A stretch of DNA of 64,000 nucleotides from Acidobacteriota bacterium (GCA_965209055.1 OZ242374.1:640001-704000); one strand, 5' to 3'. Shown: positions 9,294 to 19,507, counted from the stretch's first letter. Notes: generated by a model from the letters alone, not told the origin. Numbers and translations are program-made.

Positions 9294-10319
9294 ATGCACG
9301 AACAGGACCGCACAACGGAGGTTTCCACCGCCGAGTTGATCGATTCCATGCGCGACTCGCAGACCCGCATTCTGACGGAGCTGCGCAAGGCCATCGTGGG
9401 ACAGGACCAGGTGATCGAGGAGGTGCTCATCTCCCTCTACGTGGGAGGGCATTCCCTCATCACCGGCCTGCCCGGCCTGGCCAAGACGCTGCTGGTGCGC
9501 AGCATCGCCAAGACCCTGGGCCTCTCCTTCAGCCGCATCCAGTTCACGCCCGATCTCATGCCTTCGGACATCACCGGAACCGAGATCATCGAGGAGGACC
9601 GCGCCACCGGGAAGCGGGTGCTGCAGTTCGTGCCGGGGCCGGTCTTCACCAACATCCTCCTGGCCGACGAGATCAACCGGACGCCTCCCAAGACCCAGGC
9701 GGCCCTCTTGGAAGCCATGCAGGAACGGCGGGTCACGATCCGGGGCATCACGCACGAACTGGACCTTCCGTTTTTCGTGCTGGCGACCCAGAATCCCATC
9801 GAGCTGGAGGGGACCTATCCGCTTCCGGAGGCCCAGTTGGACCGCTTCATGTTCAACATCCACATCGGCTATCTGAACGAGGAAGAGGAGATCCAGGTGG
9901 TTCTCCAGACCACCGGGGAGGGCGGGGAGGAGGTTCGGCAGGCCGTCACGGGGGAAGAGATCCTTCGCTTCCAGCGGCTGGTGCGCAAGGTGCCGGCTTC
10001 GGAATCGGTCAGCCGCTACGCGGTCCAACTGGTCCGCAGCACCCGTCCGGGGGACGAACTGGCGCCCGGCTTCGTTCGAGACTGGGTCAGCTACGGCGCC
10101 AGCCTCAGGGCTTCCCAGTACCTGATCCTGGGAGGGAGGGCGCGGGCCCTGATGAAGGGCCGCTACCATGTCTCCTACGAGGACGTCCGGGAGCTGGCCC
10201 TCTCGGTCTTCCGCCACCGGATCCTGATCAACTTCCACGCCGAGTCGGAGAACGTGACCCCCGACCAGATCGTCCAGCGCCTTCTGGAGGCGGTTCCTCC
10301 TCCCGCCTCGGGACTGTGA
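9294..10319 (+). CDS. moxR: MoxR family AAA+ ATPase
   Basis: Walker A GLPGLAKT, RIQFTPDLMPSD, Walker B LLADEINR, ATQNPIELEGTYPLPEAQLDRF; SD GGAGG. Confidence 0.96.
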   Translation: MHEQDRTTEVSTAELIDSMRDSQTRILTELRKAIVGQDQVIEEVLISLYVGGHSLITGLPGLAKTLLVRSIAKTLGLSFSRIQFTPDLMPSDITGTEIIEEDRATGKRVLQFVPGPVFTNILLADEINRTPPKTQAALLEAMQERRVTIRGITHELDLPFFVLATQNPIELEGTYPLPEAQLDRFMFNIHIGYLNEEEEIQVVLQTTGEGGEEVRQAVTGEEILRFQRLVRKVPASESVSRYAVQLVRSTRPGDELAPGFVRDWVSYGASLRASQYLILGGRARALMKGRYHVSYEDVRELALSVFRHRILINFHAESENVTPDQIVQRLLEAVPPPASGL

Positions 10320-10346
10320 CCCGCTGGGGAATTCAAGCTGGAAACA

Positions 10347-11234
10347 ATGCAAGCCAGATTCATCGACCCGGCCCTGCTGGCCAAACTCGGCAATCTGCAG
10401 TTGGTGGCCAAAACCGTGGTGGAAGGGTTCATTCTGGGGATGCACCGTTCGCCCTACCACGGGTTCAGCCTCGATTTCGCCGAGTACCGGCAGTATGCGC
10501 CGGGAGACGACATCCGGACCGTGGACTGGAAGGTCTACGGCAGGACCGACCGCTTCTACGTCAAGAAGTACGAAGGCGACACCAACACCCAACTGCACAT
10601 CATCCTGGACGGCAGCCGAAGCATGTCATTCGCCGGCAACGGCCTGTCCAAGCTGGACTACGGACGCTTCCTGGCGGCTTCCCTGGCCTACCTGTCCGTC
10701 CGCCAGAACGACGCCACCGGGTTGGCCGTCTTCGATTCGGATGTCCTGGAGGCGGTGCCGCCGCGAGCCCAATACCGGCACTTCCTGTCCATTCTCCACC
10801 TCCTGGAGCGGCTCCAGCCGGGCGGACGAAGCCAGATCACCGAATCGCTGGGCCAGGTTTCCCGCTTCATCCGCAAGCGGAGCATGGTGGTGATCATCAG
10901 CGACTTCTACCAGGACGCCTCCTCCCTTTCCCGGGCGCTCCACTACCTGCACCACCGGGGGAACGACGTGGTCCTGTTCCACGTTCTGGACCCGGTCGAG
11001 CTGGAACTCCCGCTGGAGGCCGTGAGAACCCTGGAGGACCTGGAGACGGGCGAGCACCTTCCCTATGTTCCCGGAGACTCCCGGCAGGCCTATCTGGACC
11101 TGCTGGAAAACCACATCCAAGAACTCAGGAAAGAGTGCCGCGACATCTTCATCGACTACCAGTTGCTGAACACCCGGGAGCCGCTGGACCGGGCGCTCCG
11201 CTCCTACCTGGTGGCCCGCCGGAGGAGATACTGA
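10347..11234 (+). CDS. DUF58 domain protein (vWA-like MoxR partner)
   Basis: GMHRSPYHGFSLDFAEYRQYAPGDDIRTVDWKVYGRTD; LDGSRSM; IISDF; DPVE. Confidence 0.93.
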   Translation: MQARFIDPALLAKLGNLQLVAKTVVEGFILGMHRSPYHGFSLDFAEYRQYAPGDDIRTVDWKVYGRTDRFYVKKYEGDTNTQLHIILDGSRSMSFAGNGLSKLDYGRFLAASLAYLSVRQNDATGLAVFDSDVLEAVPPRAQYRHFLSILHLLERLQPGGRSQITESLGQVSRFIRKRSMVVIISDFYQDASSLSRALHYLHHRGNDVVLFHVLDPVELELPLEAVRTLEDLETGEHLPYVPGDSRQAYLDLLENHIQELRKECRDIFIDYQLLNTREPLDRALRSYLVARRRRY

Positions 11235-11241
11235 TGGGCGC

Positions 11242-11270
11242 AGGAGGGGGGACTTTCCTGTCCCCCTCTT
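11242..11270 (+). repeat. REP-like palindrome
   Basis: AGGAGGGGGGACTTTCCTGTCCCCCTCTT inside the operon between DUF58 and BatA-like genes. Confidence 0.75.
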
Positions 11271-11325
11271 CATCTCTTCATCTTCGACCCCCCACCGGCA
11301 CCAAAGCTTCAGACCCCGTAGAACC

Positions 11326-13353
11326 ATGCAATTCCTGACCCCCCTCTTCTTCCTCGGCGCCCTGGCGTTAGCCGGCCCCATCCTGCTTCACCTGGTTCGC
11401 CGGGACCAGAGAAACCGCATGCTCTTCCCCTCCCTCATGTTCCTGCGCCGGGTTCCCATCCAGGAGTACCGGCGCCGCAAGCTCCGCTACCTCCTGCTCC
11501 TCTTTCTGCGCTGCCTGGGCCTGCTCCTGCTGGTGGCGGCCTTCGCCTCGCCCGTGACCCATCTGGCCTGGTTCGGGGCCGTCAGCGGCCAGGTCTCCCG
11601 GTCGCTGGTGGTGCTGTTGGACAACTCCATGAGCATGGCCCGGCCCGGAGTCTGGGACCGGGCCCTGGAGAAGGCCCGCGCCAAGGTCCGGTCGATGCAG
11701 GGAACGGACCAGGCCTGCCTGATCCTGTTCGCCGCCAAGCCGGCCGTCCTCTCGGCATGGGAATCCCGCTCCGCGCGATTGCTCCAGATTCTGGAGAGCC
11801 GGGCGGAGCCCTCTTTCGAGAGCACCTCGTACCTGGAGGGACTGCGGGCCGCCGCCCAACAGTTCGACGAGGAGGTGCCGGGACGCCGGGAGATCTACCT
11901 GATCACCGACCTTCAGCAGACGGCCATGCCCCGGGACGTCCAGTGGTCGCTGGACGGCGGCGTGCGCCTGGAGGTGGAGGACGTGGGGGAGCCGTCCACC
12001 AACGTCTTCATCCAGGAAGCGGACCTGCAGCGGCTCGTGTATTCCGAAGAGTATCCGCAGCCGGTCCGGGTTCAGCTTCGCTCGTCGCCTCCCGGGTCCG
12101 TCCGCGGCGAGCTTCAACTCTTCGTCGAAGGGCGGATGGTGGACCGCCAGTCCTTCGAGATGGACCAGGAGGGGTCGGCGCCTGTCACTCTCCGCCCCTT
12201 CGAGCTCAAGGAGGGCATCTTCCGCGGGCGGCTGGTGCTGGCCGTCGAGGACGCCTTGGAAGCGGACAACGTCTTCCATTTCGTCGTGGAGAGGACCATC
12301 CCCGGACGAATCCGGGTCCTCTCGGATCGGGGGGCCGGCTCCGTCTATCTGAGGAACGCCCTGGGGGCGGGCCGCAACCTGCCCTTCGCGGCGGAGTTCC
12401 CGGACCCGCGCGACACGGCGGAAATGGACCCGGAGCGGGTTCCCCTGGTCATTCTGGACGACCTGAGGACGCCTCCCGGCACCGATCGGCTGAGCCGCTA
12501 CCTGGAGGCGGGAGGAGGCCTCATCGTGGCTCCGGGCAAGCGGGTCGATGGCCGCGCGTACAATCGATCGGAATTTTTCCCCGCCCGGTTGGCCGAACCC
12601 CGGTTCGTCCGGGGCCGCGGACGGTCCTTCACCTCCATCACCCAGGTGGACTGGAGCCATCCCGCCTTCGCCATCTTCCAGGACCTCCAGCGGACGGCCC
12701 TGGCGTCGGTTCGCTTCTACGGACACTGGAGACTTGAGCCGAGGGCGGATTCCCGGGTGCTCGGGCGTTTCGACGAGGGCGATCCGGCGCTGGTGGAGGG
12801 ACAGGCCGGCGCCGGAAGAGTCCTGGTCCTGGCCTATCCCCTGGACCGGATCTGGTCCGATTTTCCGTTGCGTCCGGCGTTCCTGCCCTTCTGGCAGAGC
12901 CTCGTGCATCACATGGGCGGGGTCCGGCAACAGGAAGCGGCCCTGCGAGTCGACCAGTCGCTGGCGCTGCAGGAGGAACCGGGGGCGGCCGAGTCCGGGA
13001 GCGGCGCACGATGGAACGTGCTGGATCCCCGGGGCCGGAGAGTGGTGGATCTGGACCAGCCCGCGCCCGCCGCCATAGATTTGCAGTTGCCGGGACACTA
13101 TGAAATAAGAAAGGACAAGAAGACGGACTGGGTGGCGGTCAACCCCGATCCGAGCGAGTCCGATATCCAGCCTCTTCCCGTGGCCATGCTGCTGGATCGA
13201 TTCCAGGCTGCAACCCTGGCCGCCGGTGAAGGCGTTTCCGAGAACGCCTCCGAAGCGGACGCGAGGGAGCCTCTCTGGTGGCTTTTCCTGCTGACCGCCG
13301 TCGTGGTCCTGGCGGCCGAGTCGGTGGTCGGCGGCCGCACCCGGCCGCGGTGA
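11326..13353 (+). CDS. BatA N-terminal + vWA + GATase-like membrane protein
   Basis: MQFLTPLFFLGALALAGPILLHL…FPSLMFL (BatA N-terminus), MIDAS LDNSMSM, ITDLQ, WSDFPLRPAFLP, C-terminal TM. Confidence 0.88.
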   Translation: MQFLTPLFFLGALALAGPILLHLVRRDQRNRMLFPSLMFLRRVPIQEYRRRKLRYLLLLFLRCLGLLLLVAAFASPVTHLAWFGAVSGQVSRSLVVLLDNSMSMARPGVWDRALEKARAKVRSMQGTDQACLILFAAKPAVLSAWESRSARLLQILESRAEPSFESTSYLEGLRAAAQQFDEEVPGRREIYLITDLQQTAMPRDVQWSLDGGVRLEVEDVGEPSTNVFIQEADLQRLVYSEEYPQPVRVQLRSSPPGSVRGELQLFVEGRMVDRQSFEMDQEGSAPVTLRPFELKEGIFRGRLVLAVEDALEADNVFHFVVERTIPGRIRVLSDRGAGSVYLRNALGAGRNLPFAAEFPDPRDTAEMDPERVPLVILDDLRTPPGTDRLSRYLEAGGGLIVAPGKRVDGRAYNRSEFFPARLAEPRFVRGRGRSFTSITQVDWSHPAFAIFQDLQRTALASVRFYGHWRLEPRADSRVLGRFDEGDPALVEGQAGAGRVLVLAYPLDRIWSDFPLRPAFLPFWQSLVHHMGGVRQQEAALRVDQSLALQEEPGAAESGSGARWNVLDPRGRRVVDLDQPAPAAIDLQLPGHYEIRKDKKTDWVAVNPDPSESDIQPLPVAMLLDRFQAATLAAGEGVSENASEADAREPLWWLFLLTAVVVLAAESVVGGRTRPR

Positions 13354-16300
13354 AGGTTCCGCTTGGAGCGGACCCGAGTCCAATCATGCTGGAAATCATC
13401 GCAACGGTGAGGCGGAAGCTCCTGGGGGAGCGGTTGCTCAGAGGCCTCGCCGTCGTGCTCCTGGCCACCATCCTGGCTTCCGTCCTCTTCAGCTACGTTC
13501 TGGCCCAGCACAACTTCTCGGAGCCGGCTCTCTTCTGGGCCCGGATGCTGGGGGGAGCGATTCTGATACTGCTGCTGGCAGGCGGCCTCCTGGCCCCGTT
13601 TCTGCGCCGCCGCTATTCCCCCGGGCGCCTGGCCCGTTTACTGGAGGAACGGAATCCGCAACTGGAGCAAGGGCTCTCCACCGTCGTGGAGATCCGGGAG
13701 GGACAGGCGCCGGCCGATCCCGAGTTGAGGCGCCTGCTGGAGAGTGACGTGAGGCGGAAGCTGTTCCGCGTCTCACAGCCCCGCTTCTACGATCCCCGGG
13801 GCAGCCTCCTCTCGCTGTTGACGGGGGCGGTTTCGGTGCTCCTCTTCGGCTACCTCTTCTTCGGAGGGCCCGAAGCCTATCGCTACACTCTGGACCGGCT
13901 ATTCCTGGGCTGGACCGCCGACGGCACGCTCCCCCTCTACTCGATTCGGGTCACGCCCGGCAGCGCCACCGTCGCCAAGCACGCCGACGTGGAGGTCCGC
14001 GCCGTGCTGGCGGGCTTCGAGAGCCAACGGGTCCGTCTTCTCGTCCGGTACGGGGAAGATCCGTCGTGGGAGGAGGTCCGGATGCGGCCCGATCCGGACT
14101 CGGGAGGGTTCGTCTTCCTCTTTTTCGACATCCGCGATCCCATGGACTACTTCGTGGAGGCCGACGGGATCCGGTCCGAGACCTTCTCGCTCGAGGTCTC
14201 CGAGATTCCCCGGGTAAACTCCCTCGAGGTCCGCCTGGTCTATCCGAAGTACACGCATCTCGAACCGGCGGTGCAGAAGGACGAGGGAGACATCGAAGCC
14301 CTGGTGGGCACCACCGCGCATTTTCGCATCGAGAGCGACCAGCCCATCCGGGGAGCGCTCCTGAAGCTGGAGGAGGGCGGCTCCATCGGGCTCGAAGCGG
14401 ACGGCTCCGGCGGATACCGGGGTTCCTTCAAGATCGAACGCAGCGACTACTACCGCATCCACCTCCAGAACCAGGAGGAGGTGTGGAACCCCGGGACCAA
14501 CGAGTACGTGATCCTGGCGGTGGATGACCAGCCCCCCCGGATCGTCTTCAGGCAGCCCGGACGGGACCGGCGGGTGAGCAACATCGAAGAGGTCTTCATG
14601 GAGCTCCAGGCCGGCGACGACCACGGGATCCGGAGCTTGGCGCTCCGCTACTCGGTCAACGGCGACGCGGAACAGGCCGTCGAGCTGACGCCGGTGGCCG
14701 GCGCCGGTTCATTCACCGTCAGCCACACCTTCTTCATGGAGGAGCACGACCTGGTGCCGGGGGATTTCGTCTCCTATCACGCCCGCGCCTCGGACGCCGT
14801 CTCCCATTCGGATACGGACATCTTCTTCCTGGAGGTCCAGCCGTACGACCGGGAGTACTACCAGTCCCAGACCGGCGGGATCGGCCTTCCCGGCGGCGGC
14901 TCCCAGGAGCTGGAGCTGTCCAAGCGCCAGAAGCAGATCATCATCGCCACCTTCAAGCTGCAGAAGGACCGGGCTTCGACGCCGGCGGAGGAGTTCAAGG
15001 AGCAGAGCCAGACCGCGGCTCTGGTGCAGCAGCGCCTCCGGGAGGAGGTCCAGGTGATCGCCGAACGTCTGGAACGCCGCCAGGCGGCCGCGTCCGACGA
15101 GCGCTTCGGCAAGATGAGGGAACGGCTGAGCGAGGCCATGACCCACATGGAGCCGGCCCACGAACGGCTCAACGAGCTGGAGCCGGAGCAGGCCCTGCCC
15201 CATGAGCAGAAGGCGTTCCGCCAGTTGCTCAGCGCCGAGTCCCTGTTCAAGGAGATCCAGGTCTCCTTCGGCGAGTCCCAGGGAGCCGGCGGCGCCACTT
15301 CGGAGGAATTGGCCGATCTTGTGGACCTGGAACTGGACCGGACCAAGAACCAGTACGAGACCATTCGCCAGAACCAGCAGTTCCGCCAGGAACAGCAGTT
15401 GGACGAGGCCCTGGAGAAGCTGAAGGAACTGGCGCGCCGCCAGGAACAGGCAGTGGAACGCTCGCGGCGCATGGCCGGCCGCGGGTCCGGCGCCGACCGG
15501 CTCACCGCCCAGCAGCTCCGGGAGGAGATCGAGCGCCTGACCCGGCAACTGGAACGGCTCTCCCGGCAGGAGGAGCAGCGGGAGCTGTCCAGGATCAGCA
15601 ACCGGCTTCGGGAGGCGGCTCGCGACCTGGGAGAGGGCGGAAACGGCCAGACGGGACAACGGCAGCGGATGCTGGCCGAGCGCGCACTCGAGCGAATGAA
15701 GGAAGCCCAGGAAGCGCTGGAGAAGGCCCGGCAGGAGCAGATCTCGGAAAAAATCCGGCAGTTGTCCCAGGACTCCCGCCGCATGCTGCACCAGCAGGAA
15801 GGGACGCTCGAGGGGATGGACGGAGTTGAGAAACGGCTGAATCAGGGAAAGGTGGACCGGGAAACCATCAACCAGATACGAAGCCTGCTCCGTGAGAAGG
15901 GTGAACTCCAACAGGAACTTTCCCGGGTGGAAGGGGAACTGCACCAGACCGCCAAGCGGACCGCGTCTCAGGAGCCGCAGGCTTCCCGCCAATTGAAGCA
16001 GGCCGGAAACAAAATCCGGGACGACAGAATTTCCGAAAAGATGCAGGAGGGCTCCGAGTTGCTGTCCCGAGGCTGGGTCGATCTGGCCCGCGACCGCGAG
16101 GAAGGGGTGACCAAGGGGTTGCAGGAGCTGGTGGAGAACATCGACGAGGCGACCAAGGCCTTGGGCCAGAAGGGGCCGCCCGGCACCGTGGAGAGCCTGG
16201 AGCGGGCCGGGGAGGAGGTCGCCGACCTGGTGGAGGGCCTTGAATCGTTGCGCCGCCGTCTTTCCCAGTCCGGCGCCAAGGGGACAGAGGGTCCCGAGGG

Positions 16301-16787
16301 AAAAGAGGGTTCCGGCGAAGGCGACGGCGAGTTGTCCGGCCGGGAGGGATCCCAGGGTGAAGGAGATTCCGGGTTCCTGCCCCAGGGCAAACCGGCGGAC
16401 TCCAGGCAGGCCGGTAGCCGCGCCAACCTCTCCGGCATCGACCCGCGCCAATTGCGACGGGAATGGCAGGAGCGGCTTCAGGAAGCCGAGTCCATATCCC
16501 GCCTGCTCCGGGGGGAGCATTCCCTGGGGAGGGATGCGGCGGAGTTGTCCCGGGAGATGCGCGAACTGGCTCTGGAGCGGATCTTTTCCGACCCGGAGGA
16601 GATCGCGAGGCTCAAGTCCAAGATCGTCCACGGCTTCCAACAGTTGGAACTGGAGATCAACCGGGCCCTGGACCGGGAAGAGGAGAACCTCGTATGGCTG
16701 TTCCAGGAAGAAGAGGTTCCGCCAGCCTTCCGTGACCGCGTCGAGGAGTACTACCGGACCCTCTCCAACGAACGCGGCGCCCGCTGA
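13350..16787 (+). CDS. Large DUF4175-like membrane protein (TM helices, Ig-like domains, long coiled coil)
   Basis: Three N-terminal TM segments, YPKYT, DQPP, AGDDHGI, PGDFVSY, long Q/E/R-rich coiled coil, C-terminal VPPAFRDRVEEYYRTL; GTGA overlap start (ATG 13386 alternative). Confidence 0.78.
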   Translation: MKVPLGADPSPIMLEIIATVRRKLLGERLLRGLAVVLLATILASVLFSYVLAQHNFSEPALFWARMLGGAILILLLAGGLLAPFLRRRYSPGRLARLLEERNPQLEQGLSTVVEIREGQAPADPELRRLLESDVRRKLFRVSQPRFYDPRGSLLSLLTGAVSVLLFGYLFFGGPEAYRYTLDRLFLGWTADGTLPLYSIRVTPGSATVAKHADVEVRAVLAGFESQRVRLLVRYGEDPSWEEVRMRPDPDSGGFVFLFFDIRDPMDYFVEADGIRSETFSLEVSEIPRVNSLEVRLVYPKYTHLEPAVQKDEGDIEALVGTTAHFRIESDQPIRGALLKLEEGGSIGLEADGSGGYRGSFKIERSDYYRIHLQNQEEVWNPGTNEYVILAVDDQPPRIVFRQPGRDRRVSNIEEVFMELQAGDDHGIRSLALRYSVNGDAEQAVELTPVAGAGSFTVSHTFFMEEHDLVPGDFVSYHARASDAVSHSDTDIFFLEVQPYDREYYQSQTGGIGLPGGGSQELELSKRQKQIIIATFKLQKDRASTPAEEFKEQSQTAALVQQRLREEVQVIAERLERRQAAASDERFGKMRERLSEAMTHMEPAHERLNELEPEQALPHEQKAFRQLLSAESLFKEIQVSFGESQGAGGATSEELADLVDLELDRTKNQYETIRQNQQFRQEQQLDEALEKLKELARRQEQAVERSRRMAGRGSGADRLTAQQLREEIERLTRQLERLSRQEEQRELSRISNRLREAARDLGEGGNGQTGQRQRMLAERALERMKEAQEALEKARQEQISEKIRQLSQDSRRMLHQQEGTLEGMDGVEKRLNQGKVDRETINQIRSLLREKGELQQELSRVEGELHQTAKRTASQEPQASRQLKQAGNKIRDDRISEKMQEGSELLSRGWVDLARDREEGVTKGLQELVENIDEATKALGQKGPPGTVESLERAGEEVADLVEGLESLRRRLSQSGAKGTEGPEGKEGSGEGDGELSGREGSQGEGDSGFLPQGKPADSRQAGSRANLSGIDPRQLRREWQERLQEAESISRLLRGEHSLGRDAAELSREMRELALERIFSDPEEIARLKSKIVHGFQQLELEINRALDREEENLVWLFQEEEVPPAFRDRVEEYYRTLSNERGAR

Positions 16788-18076
16788 TGCGCCCGGAGAC
16801 TCCGCTACCCGCTTCCCCGTCCCCACTGAAGATTTCCCGCCGCCGGGCGTTGGCGAATCTGGGTGGAGGAGCCGCTCTCGCCTCGCTCTCGCCGCTGCTC
16901 TCGTGCGCCCCGGGCGGAGGACCGGGGGAATCCGGTTCCGAACGAATCCGGGTGCGGGAGCGGGAGTCGGGCGCACCCGGTCTGGAGCTCATCCTCGGCC
17001 GGTCCAACGAGATCTTCCCGCGTCATTCGGAAGGCGACCTGATCCAAATCCCCGACGGACGCCTGCTGGCCGTCTGGTCCCGTTTCTCGGGAGCCAGCGA
17101 CCATGCCAGATCCCAGATCGTGGGCCGTTACTCGGAGGATCTGGGCCAAAGCTGGGGACCGATTCATCCGGTGGCCTCCCTGAGCGAACCGGAGCACGCC
17201 GCCAACTCGAACCTCATGAGCGCCAGCCTCCTGCGCCTCTCCGGCTCCGAAGAGATCCACCTGTTTTACATGGGCAAGGAGGAGACGGAGCCGGAGAACG
17301 AGGCCTTCCACCGGAAGATCCGCAGCAGCATTCACACCCGGGTGTCCCAGGACGGCGTCAACTTCTCGAAGCCCGTGCGGCTCTCGGACCGGGACCACTA
17401 CTACGTGACCAACAACGCCCGGGTCCTGCAGCTCTCCAGCGGCCGGATCCTGGTCCCCTCGGCCGTCGCCCTGGACCCGGGGAAGGAACTGGGCTGGGAG
17501 AAGCAGTCGGCCCTGGCGCACTACTCGGACGACGGCGGGAAGACCTGGACCCGCGGAGAGTCCTGCACCTTGCGCCGCGAGGACTACCCCGGCCATGAGT
17601 ACTGGCAGATCACGCTTCAGGAACCGGGACTGGTGGAGCTGACCGACGGCCGGATCCTGATGGTGAACCGGACCAAGCTCAACCATCCCTACAAGTGTTT
17701 CTCGAGCGATGCGGGAGTGACCTGGAGCGACCCGGAGCCGATCCAGGAGATCGTCGCTCCCACCTCGCCCCAGACCCTGTTCCGGCTGCCCTCAGGGCGC
17801 CTGGCGATGATCTACAACAACAATCCCAAGGGAGCCGAGGCGAAATGGACCGAACGCCGGCCCCTGGCCTTCGCCGTCAGCGAGGACGAGGGGAACAGCT
17901 TCCGGTACGCCAAGACCATCGAGGAGGTGGAGGGACGCTGCTGGGCCTACCACTCGGTGCGAATCTATGGCGAAAACGCCTACCTCCTCTACTACGAGTG
18001 GTATCAGGGGCACCCCACCTTCTTCTTCTGCGACAAGAAGCTGTCCATCATCCCGGTGGAGTGGTTCGAGAGCTGA
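16787..18076 (+). CDS. Tat-exported (likely lipo-) sialidase-family / BNR-repeat protein
   Basis: SRRRAL…LLSC; Asp boxes SEDLGQSW, SQDGVNFS, SDDGGKTW, SSDAGVTW, SEDEGNSF; TGATG coupling to upstream gene. Confidence 0.82.
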   Translation: MRPETPLPASPSPLKISRRRALANLGGGAALASLSPLLSCAPGGGPGESGSERIRVRERESGAPGLELILGRSNEIFPRHSEGDLIQIPDGRLLAVWSRFSGASDHARSQIVGRYSEDLGQSWGPIHPVASLSEPEHAANSNLMSASLLRLSGSEEIHLFYMGKEETEPENEAFHRKIRSSIHTRVSQDGVNFSKPVRLSDRDHYYVTNNARVLQLSSGRILVPSAVALDPGKELGWEKQSALAHYSDDGGKTWTRGESCTLRREDYPGHEYWQITLQEPGLVELTDGRILMVNRTKLNHPYKCFSSDAGVTWSDPEPIQEIVAPTSPQTLFRLPSGRLAMIYNNNPKGAEAKWTERRPLAFAVSEDEGNSFRYAKTIEEVEGRCWAYHSVRIYGENAYLLYYEWYQGHPTFFFCDKKLSIIPVEWFES

Positions 18077-18101
18077 TTCCTTCGCAACGCGAATGGGGAT
18101 C

Positions 18102-18125
18102 CGGCGGTCAGGAAACCGCCGCTCC
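18102..18125 (-). repeat. REP-like palindrome overlapping the cinA stop
   Basis: Minus strand GGAGCGGCGGTTTCCTGACCGCCG between convergent genes. Confidence 0.7.
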
Positions 18126-19361
18126 AGAGTCGCCGCGGAGAAGGTACGTCCGGACCAGATCGAGGGCATAGAGGCTCGTGCGGGTCCGGTCCGGCCGGCC
18201 GCGGCCGGCCATGCCGAAACTGCGGGTTTGCATGGTCCGCCCGTCGGTGACGCAGAAAAAGGATTGGCCTTTCGCCAGGTTCCGGCTCCGATCCTCCGGG
18301 TCCGGAATCCCGTGCACGGCCAATCCCAGGTCGGCATGGCAGACCGTCCGGAGGGCCCGCGCCAGTTCCCGGGTCCGGAGCTTCGGGTCCGACATCGGCG
18401 CGTCGGATCCCGCCGCCTCCAGGACCCGACGGGCGGAATCGGGATCGCCGGCGATGACCCCTTCGACAAAGCGATCCGGATCGGCCAGTTGCAACCGCTC
18501 CGCCACCATCCCGCCGGTAATGTCCTCGTAGACGGCGATCCTCAGATCGGCCCGCCGCAACAGCTCCCCCACCGAATCCTCCATGGATTCCTCGTCGGCG
18601 CCGAAAACATGGTGTCCCAACAGGCCACGGACCTCCTCCTCCACTGGAGCGATCAACCGCGCGGCCGCTTCCCGGTCGCGGGCTTTGGCGGCGATTCTCA
18701 CATCCACCTGGCCGGGATGAGCCAGAACTCCCACGGTGGGGTTGGTGGATTCGGTGATCAGGTGACCGATCAGGTGATCCACGTGGCTCTCCCCCATGGC
18801 GGAGACCTTGAGGATGCGATAGACGATGATGTGGTCCAGGCGAAAGCGTCTCCTGAGACGGGGAATCACCTCATGGTCGAAGAGCCACTTGAGTTCGTGC
18901 GGCACTCCCGGAAGAGCGATGACGACGCCTCGCGGGTCCTCCACGAGGAAAGCGGGGGCGGTGCCGTTGGGGTTGCGGATCGGCACGGCCCCCTGCGGGA
19001 TGTCGGCCTGACGCTCGTTGTTGGCCGTCAGGACAAAACCCCGGTTGCGGAACCGGGTGTAGATCTCCTGAAGCAGATCCGGGTCCCGGACCAGCGTCCG
19101 TCCCGTCACCCGGGCGATCGCTTCCCGGGTCAGGTCGTCCCGGGTGGGACCCAGTCCTCCGCCGGTGATCACGATGTCGGAACGATCCAGGGCCCGGCCG
19201 ATGACCTCCTCCATCCGGCCCGGGTTGTCCCCCACCACGGTCTTGTAGAAGAGATCGACGCCCAGCCCGGTCAAACGATCGGCCATCCAGGCCGAGTTGG
19301 TATCGACGATCTGCCCCAGGAGCAGCTCGGAACCGATGGCGACGATCTCTGCGTTGGGCAT
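18108..19361 (-). CDS. cinA: CinA family protein (COG1058 pyrophosphatase domain + degenerate PncC-like domain)
   Basis: GSELLLGQIVDTNS, VGDN, GGLGPTRDDLT, NPNGTAP, LPGVPHE; C-terminal YEDITGG in place of AESCTGG. Confidence 0.88.
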   Translation of the reverse strand: MPNAEIVAIGSELLLGQIVDTNSAWMADRLTGLGVDLFYKTVVGDNPGRMEEVIGRALDRSDIVITGGGLGPTRDDLTREAIARVTGRTLVRDPDLLQEIYTRFRNRGFVLTANNERQADIPQGAVPIRNPNGTAPAFLVEDPRGVVIALPGVPHELKWLFDHEVIPRLRRRFRLDHIIVYRILKVSAMGESHVDHLIGHLITESTNPTVGVLAHPGQVDVRIAAKARDREAAARLIAPVEEEVRGLLGHHVFGADEESMEDSVGELLRRADLRIAVYEDITGGMVAERLQLADPDRFVEGVIAGDPDSARRVLEAAGSDAPMSDPKLRTRELARALRTVCHADLGLAVHGIPDPEDRSRNLAKGQSFFCVTDGRTMQTRSFGMAGRGRPDRTRTSLYALDLVRTYLLRGDSGAAVS

Positions 19362-19507
19362 GGGATCTCCTTCGGCGGCATCTTCCGGTATCCGGTGGCC
19401 ACTGTCCAGGATTGAATCCCGGGACCCGACGTAGAGTCCCGGTTGCAAAAGCAATACTGTCGATGCTGCCTTGTGTCAGCGGTGCTTTATTTTGTGGAGT
19501 TCTGACA

